Shown here: positions 1 through 22,247 of the stretch, piece after piece
Position numbering within the stretch: the first letter of the stretch is position 1
Layout: every line of letters begins with the position of its first letter
Assembly (NCBI GenBank): GCA_033442325.1
Contig: JAWQFM010000002.1
Coordinates: forward strand, 324,403-388,402
Source: Salpingoeca rosetta
Lineage: Eukaryota; Protista; Choanoflagellata
Length of the DNA: 64,000 nucleotides
Direction of reading: 5' to 3'
Notes under the pieces: generated by a model
Seen by the model: only the letters and a program-made list of their open reading frames with translations
Database searches by the model: none
Told to the model about the DNA's origin: nothing
Program-made: the position numbers and the translations under genes

Positions 1-138
1 CAGACACACACACACACACACACACTCTCTCTCTCTCTCTTTTCTCACCCCTCACGCCCCGCTCTGTCTTTCTCCCCCAACTCAACCCCCCCCCTCTCTG
101 TCTCTGTCTCTGTCTCTCTCTCAACCACACCCGAGCAG

Positions 139-769
139 ACGATTGTGGTACCCGTGAACGTGGTTTCCCAGCGGCTGATGGTTCACGGACAGTCCATCAC
201 CATGGGCGAGCGCATGGAGCCGCTGACGGCGCGTGCACTCGTCAGGCAAATCTACTCATCGCAGGTGTGGCGTCACTTCACATAACCTGCACTGCCTGAT
301 ACATGCTTGACGTGCCGTGCATGTTCTCCTGTCGTGCAACCACACGGCGGTCTCGTTCCCTCACCACCAACACCACTCATGCATCCCTGCACCTGTCACA
401 TCACGTCTACGTAGGGTCTGCGAGGGTTTATGAAAGGCTACTGGGCGTCTGTTGCTGCATTTGGCCCGAGCAGCGGCCTCTGGTGCGTGAGCTGTGCCAT
501 GCATCGCTTATTCGTGAATGTGTGTGTGTGTGTGCAAGTATATCGATAGGCATTCCAAGATGCACCCATTTCCGCTCGTTAGCGCACTCCTTCACACGCG
601 ACTTTGCTTGTGCGTGCACAGGTGGGCATCATATGGCGTCATCCGCCGGTGGCAATCAGGTGCGTGTACTTGTCATGTACCAACATCGGTCACGCGCTTT
701 TTTTTGCACGCGCAGTCGTGCTTCTCGGCACAGCCTTGCACTGCAGTCCACATTCAGGGTCATACGTGT

Positions 770-842
<73 letters not shown>

Positions 843-1082
843 AACAAACAGGTACCGAGGCAGTGCGCCAAGGAACGTACACGATTGCGCTGCAGGCGTT
901 GGCGGGAGCGATGGCTGGAGCCATCACGGCCGTCACCACAAATCCACTCGATGTTGTCCGCGCACGGCTCCAGGTGATGGGCTGTCTGTAGGCGGTGCTG
1001 AGGTGCTGAGGTGCTGTGTGTAAGTGTTGTCGGTGAGGTGGTGTGATTCTGGGATGTGTGCATGTGAGGTGTGTGTATGTTG

Positions 1083-1157
<75 letters not shown>

Positions 1158-1733
1158 TCAGTGGCTGTGTTTGAGTCGAGGCTACAGCGAATTGCAATTG
1201 CGGCTGGGCACGCATCATCACCTCACCATGCACCACACTGCACGTTCGCCACCCATCTTATGTCACCAGGTGGAGGGGCGTGCTGGCGACAAGCGTGGGT
1301 GGGCGACCATCTTCGGGGAGCTGTGGAAGGAGGAGGGTGTTCGTGGCCTCTTCAAGGGCGTGTCTGCCCGCGTGTTTTACATGGGATTCAACAGCCTGCT
1401 CATGATCACCACCTACGAGGTAATACGTTACTTGAACGTGTGTGTGTGTGCGTGCGTGTGTGTGTGTGCGTGCGTGCGTGTGTGTGTGTTTGCGTGAGAA
1501 TGTGTGTGTGTGTGTGCGCGTGTGGATGTGTGTTTGCGTGAGAATGTGTGTGTGTGTGTGTGTGTGTGTCTGTATCGAGAAATGGTGGCTCCAATGACAT
1601 CCTAACCCTCCGCTAATACCACCACCGCCATCACCACCACCATCATCCCCATCACCACCAGACTGTGAAGCGGTTGAGTCTGCGTGAGGACGCCGTGACG
1701 GAACAGGACGTCGCACTCGAGGCGTGCTCCTGA
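139..1733 (+). CDS. Mitochondrial carrier family (SLC25) protein, SLC25A44-like; 5'-truncated, multi-exon
   Basis: Exons at ~139-264, 414-482, 622-659, 852-973, 1270-1419 and 1662-1733 give carrier signatures [33 protein letters not shown] and [11 protein letters not shown]. Stop TGA at 1731-1733. Confidence 0.85.
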
Positions 1734-2226
1734 ACACACACGCAGACACACACATACACACGCACACACACACATACACACGCACACACACACACACACG
1801 CATACACACACAATTGCAGACACACACGCACAATTGCAGACACACACGCATACATGTATCCAGGCAGATTAGGTGTTCAGGTTACAAATGCCAACGGTCA
1901 CTGACGTACTCACTGCACACATTATCACTCATGCCACACAGCGTGCGTGTATTGTGTGGGTGGGGTAATGTGTAGTTGCTTGTTAGGCTGGCTGGTTAGT
2001 GCCACTGCGTGTGATGTGGTTTCGGTGACAGAAGAGGGAAGAGCATGCAGTGGACTGAAGCAATGATTGGTGATTGGTTGTTTATGGCACCAACTGGGGT
2101 GTTGTTAATGAAAAGACGAAAAGGCAAGACAAACACCGCAGATCGCGTCCGTGCCACAGCACGAGCTACGATGCGCACCACGCACGGACCACCCACCCAC
2201 ACATTTGACAGAAACACCACTACGTG

Positions 2227-2280
<54 letters not shown>

Positions 2281-2335
2281 CAGACAGACAGGGTGGGCCT
2301 AAACATTCAAGTCTAAAGGTGTGATGGAGACAGTG

Positions 2336-5952
<3,617 letters not shown>

Positions 5953-6206
5953 CCGGCCCTCTGTGTCACCCGCGATTATTGGTTGAAAATTTTCACAAAT
6001 CCTCACAACTTTGCTTGTTCCGCTTGGTGTTGGTGGTGTTGTGTGGTGGCTGCCTTCAAGCGAGCCAGCTAGCTTGGCAGCCTTCGATTGTTGCCTTCTT
6101 GCCTGCTGTCGCTCCCACGCTTTTGCGTGCCCTGCTTGTCTTGGGTTGGTTGGTTGGTCGGTTGGTTGGTTAGCCTGTTGACAGCTCGGGGGGCAAACCA
6201 ACAAAC

Positions 6207-12945
<6,739 letters not shown>

Positions 12946-12975
12946 TGCGTGCGAGCGCTTTTTGTGACACGTGGC

Positions 12976-13101
<126 letters not shown>

Positions 13102-13366
13102 AGTTGTTTTGTGTGTGGCGCGACGTTGTGGTGTCACTCATGGAATGAGCCAGTGGTGCTGGTTGGGAGGTGTGTTGGTTTGAGGTGCAGAGGCATGTTA
13201 CACCGTCACTGTCGACTTGTTGTCTCGTCCGCACGAGCAGTTGTTAGCTCTAGTTCAACGCACTGTACAAACGAATGTTGAAGATTGATGTGATCGACTT
13301 GTGGTAAGGAGCAAAGCCACATCAAGATATCAAGAAGATCAGGAAGATCAGGAAGATCAACACTTA

Positions 13367-13429
<63 letters not shown>

Positions 13430-13499
13430 ATTTTTTTCTTGCGTGCACATTGCACTACTGTTGCACATTGCTTTGCTTCTGCTCTCGTTGTGTTGCTTG

Positions 13500-14550
13500 A
13501 TGGAGGAGGCAGCGAGGGTGTTGAAGCGCCCAAAGTCGGAGGGCGTGCTTGGCGGACAAGAAGAAGAAGAAAGAGAAGGACAGAGGGTCACGCGGGCAAG
13601 CGCAAGGCGAAGGAAGCAAGCACAATCCAAGGAACACAAGAAGCAGGAAGACACGTCAATGGCGATGACGAGTGCGGCGCGGCGGCACATCCTGATCACG
13701 GGCAGTCCTGGAACGGGCAAGTCAACGCTCGTGTCGAAGCTGATTGCGCGCTTTAAGGACAAGGGTGTTCCCATGCAAGGGTTTTGGACCAAGGAGGTGC
13801 GGCAGGGCGGAAACAGGATTGGGTTCGACGTGGTGACTCTGGACGGCAAGGTGAGAAGGATGTATGGGACAGAGGGGTGTGCAGTGTGCGTGCGTGTGCG
13901 TGTGTTACTGCGGAGTCACGGTGCGCGTGCCACCGCAATTGATTTGTTGCCATGTGCACGTCCCACATGAAGACATGACGCTGGATAAGCCTCACGGTTT
14001 GTCAGTCTACGGCCACCCACAACTGCCTACTCTCTTGCTCCAGTGTTTGTTGTATGTACTCCTGTACTCACATCCACCACGCCTGCACACCTTCTCTGCT
14101 TGACTTTGTATCGCACAGGAGGGCGTGCTGAGCCGTGTCGGAGCCAAGGGCCCCCGTGTCGGCAAGTATGGCGTGAACGTGAAAGAGTTTGAGGAGCTTG
14201 CCCTGCCGTGCCTTCGAGCGGGCCCAGTGCAGAAGCAGGAGCAAGGCGGCGAAGAAGCAGGACAGCAGGGACGACAGCGGCAAGCAGTGCGCCTTGTGGT
14301 TGTGGATGAGATTGGCAAGATGGAGCTCTTCTCGCAGCCGTTCATGACAGCGTACAAGGGGCTGCTTGATAGCGCGGCTGACCGTGGCGTCGTAGTTGTG
14401 TCCACAATCGCCAAGCGGGGCCAAGGGTTTATTGCCGAAGTGAAGAGCAGGCCCGACGTTGACCTGCACGAGATAACGCGCGCCAACCGCGACGCCAAGT
14501 TTGAAGAGCTTGCCTCCACTCTCCTGCGCCAACTTCGCCCCTCATCATGA
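13500..14550 (+). CDS. NTPCR: NTPase_1/THEP1-family nucleoside triphosphatase, 2 exons (13500-13850, 14119-14550)
   Basis: HILITGSPGTGKST (Walker A), GFWTKEVRQGGNRIGFDVVTLDG, RVGKYGV and VVVDEIGKMELFS (Walker B). Confidence 0.9.
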
Positions 14551-14889
14551 GCAGGGGAGTGGAGAAAGAGGGGACGGAAGGGGGGAGTGAGGGGAGTGAG
14601 AAGTAGGAGAAGGAGAACGGACTGGACTGGACTGGGGTCAGCGAGAGAGCAAGAGAGGTAGAGAGAGAGCAAGAGAGAGGGGAGAGAGAGGGCGAGTCGT
14701 GGTGTCAGTGTCCATCCATATCCGTTGCTTTGTTCGCTGGCAAGCGCGCGGTTTCGTTGACATTTTCCCATAAATTTCACACCGTCAACAGCCACCAGTG
14801 TGCAACAGCGCCACAGCAAACGACACACACATCGACCTCCCACACTCCACCACTCCACCACTCCACCACCAACCGAACGAACACCGACC

Positions 14890-16132
14890 ATGGCTGGCGA
14901 CTTCCCCGTGGGCACGAAAGTGTGGGCAAAGTGGAGCAAGACGTTCTACCCTGGAAAGGTGAGAAAACCAACAAGCGAGTTTGACTGCTAGCGAATGGTG
15001 ACCGTGGCGGTCAACCCTCGTGTTGGTTATGGTGGTGTCGTGGTCCATTCAACAAACACGCATGTTTGTGCCACCAACAACGTCGCTTACCCGCACACAC
15101 ACATCTGTACAGGTTTGGGAGCCAACGGCGGAACAGAGCGCTGCCATGCCCAAGAGCAAGCCCTACTTTGTCTTTTATTACGGCGCCCCGATCAACGCAT
15201 GCTTGTCAGTCGTCTCGATGTCGTTGTGGCGCGCTTGGTCGTCATGGCTTGTAGCTCTTTGTGGCTTGCGCCCACACACAACCATGCACGCTTCTTTCCT
15301 GCAACATGCCTCACCCACACACCCCCTCACACACGCACACACTGTTGTTGCAGTGGTCACCATTCCAAGAAGGAGCTGCATCGCTTTGATGACGAGGAGT
15401 TCACTGCCAAGATGAAGGTGTCCGCAATGCTGTCGCACGTATCGTGTCGGTTATGGCTCTGAAAGAGACACTGTCTGCAACATGCGTTGGCCACACGTTC
15501 TCATGTTCGCCAAGTTCACCGCACTGCTCATATCCATGCCCATGGCTGTGCCCACCTTTGCAGAAGAAGAAGCTGTCTCGCGACATCAAGGCAGGCCTTG
15601 AGGTGTGTACTCCTGCCTGATGACGCGGGGGACCAGGTCTTGGTGGTTGTCGTGGTGCATTTGCTGCTGATTTGCTGCTGCATTTGCTGCATTTGCTGCT
15701 GCTCTGGTCCCTTGGTTTCACCTGGTACGTCATAGTACGTCGTGCTGTCGTCTCATCGCACCCCTTCCCCCACTTGCTGTCCAACTTCCAGGCCATTGAT
15801 GACCCCGCCGCCCAGCCTGAAGTGCTGCTCGCGTAAGACCACCACCCACGCGCGCGCACACCACCCATTCCCCTGCACGTGTGATGTTGAAAGCGAGAGC
15901 AACGTGTGCTGCATGCTGCGGGCCGTGCGAATGCGCGTGCGTGCGTGCGTGTGTGTGTGTGTGTGTCGCGTGCTTGCGTGTGTGATGTCTTCCGATGGCG
16001 CCATCTTGTTTCCTTTTCTCACTCATCCGTGGTTTTCATGCACGACTCACCGTTTTGCGAACACTGAACAGCCCCCAGGTAAGACAGCACGATATGTGCA
16101 TACGCGTGCATCTGTTGTGTGTTGTGTGATCC

Positions 16133-16204
<72 letters not shown>

Positions 16205-18007
16205 GGACATTTCCTTTTCTGTCCTCTTGCGGTTGCACAATTACGAAGCCCCTTCCTCACCCCCCACGCGCGCACACACACACACACACGCTCACACACA
16301 CACACACATACATACATACACACATACGCAATTGAAGGCTGTGTATGCTTCCCCTGAGGACGAGGAAGACAGCGGCGAGGAAGAGGCGGCGTCGGCACCA
16401 AAGTCGTCTGCACCCGCCCGTCTTCGCAGCGATGACGAAGACGAAGACGAGGATGAGGACGAGGACGAGGAAGAGTACCAAGCGCCCGAGGATGATGATG
16501 ATGTGAGTTATGGTGGTGTTGGTGGTGTTGGTGGTGTTGGTGATGTTGGTGGTGTTGACGTTCTCTTTGTGCGCGCGTGTCTACACGCGTGTGCACGTGT
16601 GTGGATGGGCGTCTGCACATGTGTAGCATTCCTGCATTCCTATCTCACCTCTGCCCCACCGTTCCCCACCTCTTCCCAACCGCCAACACGTGTTCACCAT
16701 ATCAGGAGAAGGACGAAGACTTTTCGCTTGACGGCGGGAAAAAGCGCAAGCCGCGCGCTCGCACATCCACGTCCACATCCAAGCGAGCAAAGACAACGCC
16801 TGCCAAGCGTAACAGGAAGACACCAGCAAGCAAGGCATCAACAACGAAGGCGAAGACAAAGCCGGCAGGGAAGCAGCGCCGTGGGAGCGGACGGGCGGCG
16901 GTTGTGTCCAATGCAGTCATCTCGAGCGATGAGGAGTCGGAGGATGAGGACCACGCCACCGATCAGCCAACCTTGAAGGTGCACAGAGCCTTTGCTGTGG
17001 CGATGTTTGGTTGCTGACGCTCGGTGGTGTTGCGTGGTGTGACAACCGCTGTTGTTTGTCCTTATCTTATATCCTTGTCGAAGTTCACACACACACACAC
17101 ACAACACAACGCAACACACCACAACACAACACAATGCAACGCAACGCAACGCAACACACCATGCACACGTGTGCAGAAGCGTGAGGCGGCGATGCCGAGC
17201 GAGCTGGCGCCGCTCAAGTCGCACGAGGATGTGCGCGGGAACGACAACGAGGCAGAAAGCGAAGATGACGTGATTGAGGACGCAGAGGCGCCCGCAAAGA
17301 AGCCAAAGAAGCAGCAGCAGCAGCAGGCACTGAAGGAGAAGAAGGAAAAGAAGGAGCGTAAGCCGCGAGAGAAGGAGAAGAAGGAGAAGAAGGAGAAAGC
17401 GCCAAAGAAGGAGAAGAAGGCCCGGGCGCCGAGGAAGAAGACAGCGCCAGCAAAGCAGGACACCCCAAAGAAAATCACAGACGCCGGTGCGTGAGGGGGA
17501 TTTCTTTGATCACGTGTGCTTGCGTGTATTCATGTGTGTGCGTGTGCGTGCGTGTTTTGTTTGTGAGTGTGTGTGTATGTGTGTGTGCGTGTGCGTGTGC
17601 GTGTGCGTGCATGCTTCGTGTGTGTATGTGTGTAGTGCGTGCGTACGTGCTTTGTGTGTATGCGTTTTCATCCCTCATCCACATGTATTGCATGCGCGTG
17701 ACATGGGTTTTGCTCGTGTGTAGAGCGGTTGGGCCAGCTCGTCTCGGAACTCAAGCGCTGTCTTCCCTCCAAGGGCGACGTGAGTTGTGCTGTGACGATG
17801 ACTCGTTTGGAGTGGAAGCGAAGGGAGCGGGGTGTGTATAGTGGAGATTACGTTCGCAGGCGTGGATGCACGTGTGATTGTGTGAGATGCGAGTTGTGTG
17901 CTTGTCATGCCACTCTGATGTTGCGTGTACCTGTGCACGCGTTCCAACACAAGCAAACCCACGCACCAACTCACCTGCCTCTCTGCCCTGCACCACACTG
18001 ACCACAC

Positions 18008-18084
<77 letters not shown>

Positions 18085-19207
18085 TCGTGCAACCGGCAGA
18101 AAGACGTGAGCGGTGCTGTCTCGCGTCTGAAAGAGATTGACGCACTGCCGCTGAGCCAGCGCACCATCACCGAAAACACCGACCACGTCGTCTCCATCCG
18201 CATGGTGGGTCGAGACGGGAGGGAGCGAAGACGGTGTGTGTGCGTGCGCGTGCGTGTGTGTGCGTGTGCGTGTGTGCGTGTGTGCGTGTGTGCGTGCGAG
18301 CCGAGTTCTTGTTGTGTGTGCGAGCCGAGTTTTGTTGTGTGTGCGAGCCGAGTTTTGTCGTGTGTGCTTTGCATCTTCTTTGCACCTTCTTCGCATGTTC
18401 TGACGTGCTGGAGACACCTGTTTTGCATCTGACACGCGTTGTCACCACTGTCACCTCGCCAGCTCCGCAAGTTTCCTGACCAGGCTGTGTCCTCTCATGC
18501 CAAGGCCATCATTGCCAAGTGGAAGGTGAGCTGTTGTTGCGATTGTAGCGGCGTTGTCTGTGCTTGCAAGCACCAGTAACACGCATCTGTGTGTGCAACC
18601 TCTCACGCCGCCTGTGCTGTGCTTGTGTGCGCGTGTGTGTGTGCGTGTGCGTGTAGACGATGGTGAAGGCGGCGACGGAGACGACTGGGCCGGCAAAGGA
18701 AGAGAAGAAGGAAGAGAAGAAGGAAGAGAAGAAGGAAGAGAAGAAGGAGAAGAAGGAGGAGGAAGAGGAGAAGGAAGAGAAGAAGGAAGAAGAGAAGAAG
18801 GAAGAGGAGAAGGAAGAGAAGAAGGAAGAAGAGAAGAACGAAGAGAAGAAGGAAGAAGAGAAGAAGGAAGAAGAGAAGAGAGAGAGAGAGAGAAGAAGGA
18901 AGAAGAGAAGAAGGAAGAAGTGAAGGAAGAAGTGAAGAAGGAAGAGAAGCAGGAGGGGGAGGGAGAGAAGAAGGGAGAGAAGGAAGAGGAGGAGGAAGCT
19001 AAGGACGCCCAAGACGAGCCGTCCAACAAGACCATAGCAGCAGAGACGACGGAAGCCAAGAAAGAAGAGACAGCAGCAGCCGCACCAGCGCCGGACACCG
19101 AACCAGCACTTGAAGCTGGAGACAAGAACGCGACAGCGCAGCCTGTCAGCAACGCCCGGGACACACCCTCCGTCCCGCCACCACCAGTTGTCTCGGCCCA
19201 GCAGTGA
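14890..19207 (+). CDS. PWWP-domain protein with an acidic/basic linker and a C-terminal TFIIS-N/IBD-like helical domain (HDGFRP2/LEDGF-like architecture)
   Basis: FPVGTKVWAKWSKTFYPGKV..KPYFVFYYG is PWWP-like. Exons ~17724-18525 give LVSELKRCL..DVSGAVSRLKEIDALPLSQRTITENTDHVVSIRMLRKFPDQAVSSHAKAIIAKWK. The last exon is KEE-rich and appears frameshifted. Confidence 0.7.
18293..18366. repeat. Intronic minisatellite, about 3 x 22-23 bp (gtgcgagccgagtt..ttgtgt)
   Basis: Direct read of the sequence. Confidence 0.8.
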
Positions 19208-19964
19208 TGGGCGGATGGGAACATCACAGTCTTCCACTGATGCTGTTGTCTCTGCTTGCCATATCTTGCTTGCCGTGTCTTGCTTGTCATGTGTTGGTCT
19301 GAGTTTTTTTTTTCGCTGCATGATCGCACCGTTTGTACTTGTGAACGATAGTAAACACGCTGTATTGTACTGAGATGGCCTGTACGCGGCAGCAGTCATC
19401 GTCATGTGTTGTTTTGTTTCAAGGAACGACAGCGCAACACTGGCGCTGGAAGCACTCTGGCCCAACACACACATCACCGCAAGATGCTCAAGCACAAGGG
19501 AAGTGCACACTCACATGCACGTCACACATGGGAAAGTGCACACTCACAAGCACGCCACACATCGCATCACAACATAACACGCGACACAAGTTAAAACACA
19601 CACACACACACATGGGCAGATGCACGTCACACATCACACACACACACACATATCACATCACCACACCACAGTACACCCTACACATGACACAAGTTAACGC
19701 AACACAACAGCATGTGCCACACGACAAAGCCACGGCCGTCATCAGGTCAGCTTCGGCACGACTCACAGCGACAAGAGATGGTAAAAACACATGGCGTGCG
19801 TGGCACGCGGTCTGATAGGGAAAGGAAAAGCAACCAATGGGACATGATGATAGCGAACACAACATCCACCGCACCACCAGCGTCCATTGGCGAAACGCGT
19901 CGGGTTGTGAGGAAGGTTTCACATCACTTCACATCACTCTGTTCTGGATCAGTTTGTTTGGGGA

Positions 19965-20620
19965 TCAGTTGGAGGGACGACAGCTACTCTCTTCAATGAG
20001 GGTGTAGCCGAGACCAGGGAACTCCACGCACACGCGCCGCTTGCTTCCAAAGTTGATGAGCGCAGTGGTGGAGTTGAATGCTGGCGCGGCATCGTTGCTG
20101 TTGTCGCTGTCAGGGCAGCCTCCACGGTAGGTGACCAGCTTGAATCGGCACTGGCGTGGGCTCTCATAGATGGTCGTCACTGCGGTGCAAGCGGTTGGGA
20201 GTTGCAGGGTGTTGGTTGTGGTCCATGAGGAAGGGCGGTTGAGGAGGCAGGAAGCGAACACGCAGGTGAACGAAACAGAAGAAATTCACACTCACATATC
20301 CAACAGCATGAGCGCGTGCAATGCACGGATAATACTTGCATGCACCAGGGCAGGCGTTACATGCACAGAGAGCACCCACATCACACATGTACAGCATGCG
20401 CATGTTGAGATGTACTTACGGTTGAATCCCTCGACACACTCGCCGGATGCGACACAGCTGCAACAACAAGCACGTTGCACATCATCGTGAGCCAACTTGA
20501 AGGACAAGCACCACTCAAAAAAAAAAAAAAAAGTACACACACACACACACACACACGCCCACACACGCCAACACACGCACACACACACGCACACACGCAC
20601 ACACACACGCACACACGCAC

Positions 20621-20714
<94 letters not shown>

Positions 20715-20925
20715 ACCGACAAACAAACAAGCCCCCAGCACAAGCCGCAATGTGTGTCACGCACTTTTTCTGGTAGAAGACGTGATTGCAAGCGTCCCTA
20801 TCAACCTCAACATCGAAGTCGCATTTCTCACAGATGGTGAAGCAGACGTTTTGTGCAGACACCACCGCCACCATCATCGCCGCTGCTGCAACAACAGCCA
20901 GCACCACACCCCGCCTCGCCATCAT
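19965..20925 (-). CDS. Small secreted cysteine-rich protein, about 137 aa, 3 exons (20925-20765, 20457-20420, 20179-19965)
   Basis: Signal peptide MMARRGVVLAVVAAAAMMVAVVSA. Phase-consistent GT-AG introns. Ten Cys in the mature part and NLT/NST sequons. Confidence 0.7.
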
Positions 20926-21438
20926 CAATCGCTCGCTGGTCGCCTTGTTCTCCTGTCTGCCTTCTTGTTGTCTTCTGCTGTGCTCCACCTTCTCTTACGA
21001 TTAATGGTGTCCTGTCAAAATTGACAGCTGGACGCGGGTTGGTTTTAAACGGGCTTACCAAATGAGTGATTTGTTACATTTTCACTCTCACACGGTTGTG
21101 TCGTTTCTGCACACAAGCACGCACGCACGCAAGCACGCAAGCAAGGGCAAGGCAGAAAAGGCGAGCGAGAGTTCCACTCTTTCGCCGAACCAAACAAAAC
21201 CAGGCAGGCAGAGAAAAAAAAAACGACGTTGCCAGTCTGGGAGGTGCGTCCACAGACCTGAGTGAGTGAGTGAGCGAGGGGGACATGAAGTGGACCACTC
21301 GCTGATGGATGGATGATGTGATGCGTGTGACACTGCGACATGCATACTTGCTACCCGCTGTCTTTGGCGTGGTTGTCACGAATGAGTTCCACCGTGCTGC
21401 CGTTTCCCTGCCTTGTGTGCATGTGTGCGTGTGCGCGC

Positions 21439-21478
<40 letters not shown>

Positions 21479-22247
21479 AACGACATGACCGCGTGCATGT
21501 TTCCCGCCATTGTTCACACAGATACCTGCCAACCTGCATGCCTTTGCCCTTACTGCAAACACAACCAACTGGACTGGTGCCAAACACGCATGCACAGAAC
21601 TCCAGTGTACCAGCAACCAACGGGTTCTTGGGAGAACGCGCGCTGTTGTGTGCGTTTGAGTGTGAAATCCCCATCCGTGTTCGTCCAGCGAGGTTTTGAG
21701 GGAACAACACAAGCAAGGCAGACAAACCTTCTGTTCCTCCTCTGCTAGCCTCACCGCACACAACGCAAACAGCGCCAAGTAGGCCTCCTTCCTGTCACCA
21801 GTCCTTTTCTCTTGTCTCGTTGGCCCATCAGCTCAGGTAGCGTTGCTTGTGTGCATTGTTCTACCACTGAGAACACCTTTTCATCCATTCTTCCAGTCGT
21901 TGCTTCTATTCCACTGGCCTCCACCACAACCACTCCGTCTCTTCTCTCCCAGTTCCTCTGTATTTCTCCCCTTTCTTTTCCTCCCTCCCTCCACACACAC
22001 ACACACTCTCTCTCTCGCTCTGTCTGTCTGTCTGTCTGTCTGTGCCTGTGTGTATTTGTATCCCTTCTTCCCCTCTCCGTGTTCCCATCTCCGTGTTCCC
22101 CTCTCTGTGTTCCTTCACCGTCTTTCCCTCTCTGTTTGTGTCTGACCCTCTCGTCCATGAGCACGACACCTCCTCATCTGAAACATACCCGCTCCCCCCT
22201 TCTATCGCTTGCCCTGCCACAACCACATGCACCAGCCATTGAAGGGC

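Noticed and set aside
13323-13360. GAAGATCAG 9-mer repeated about three times upstream of NTPCR
   Set aside because: Short, and indistinguishable from background slippage in this repeat-rich genome.
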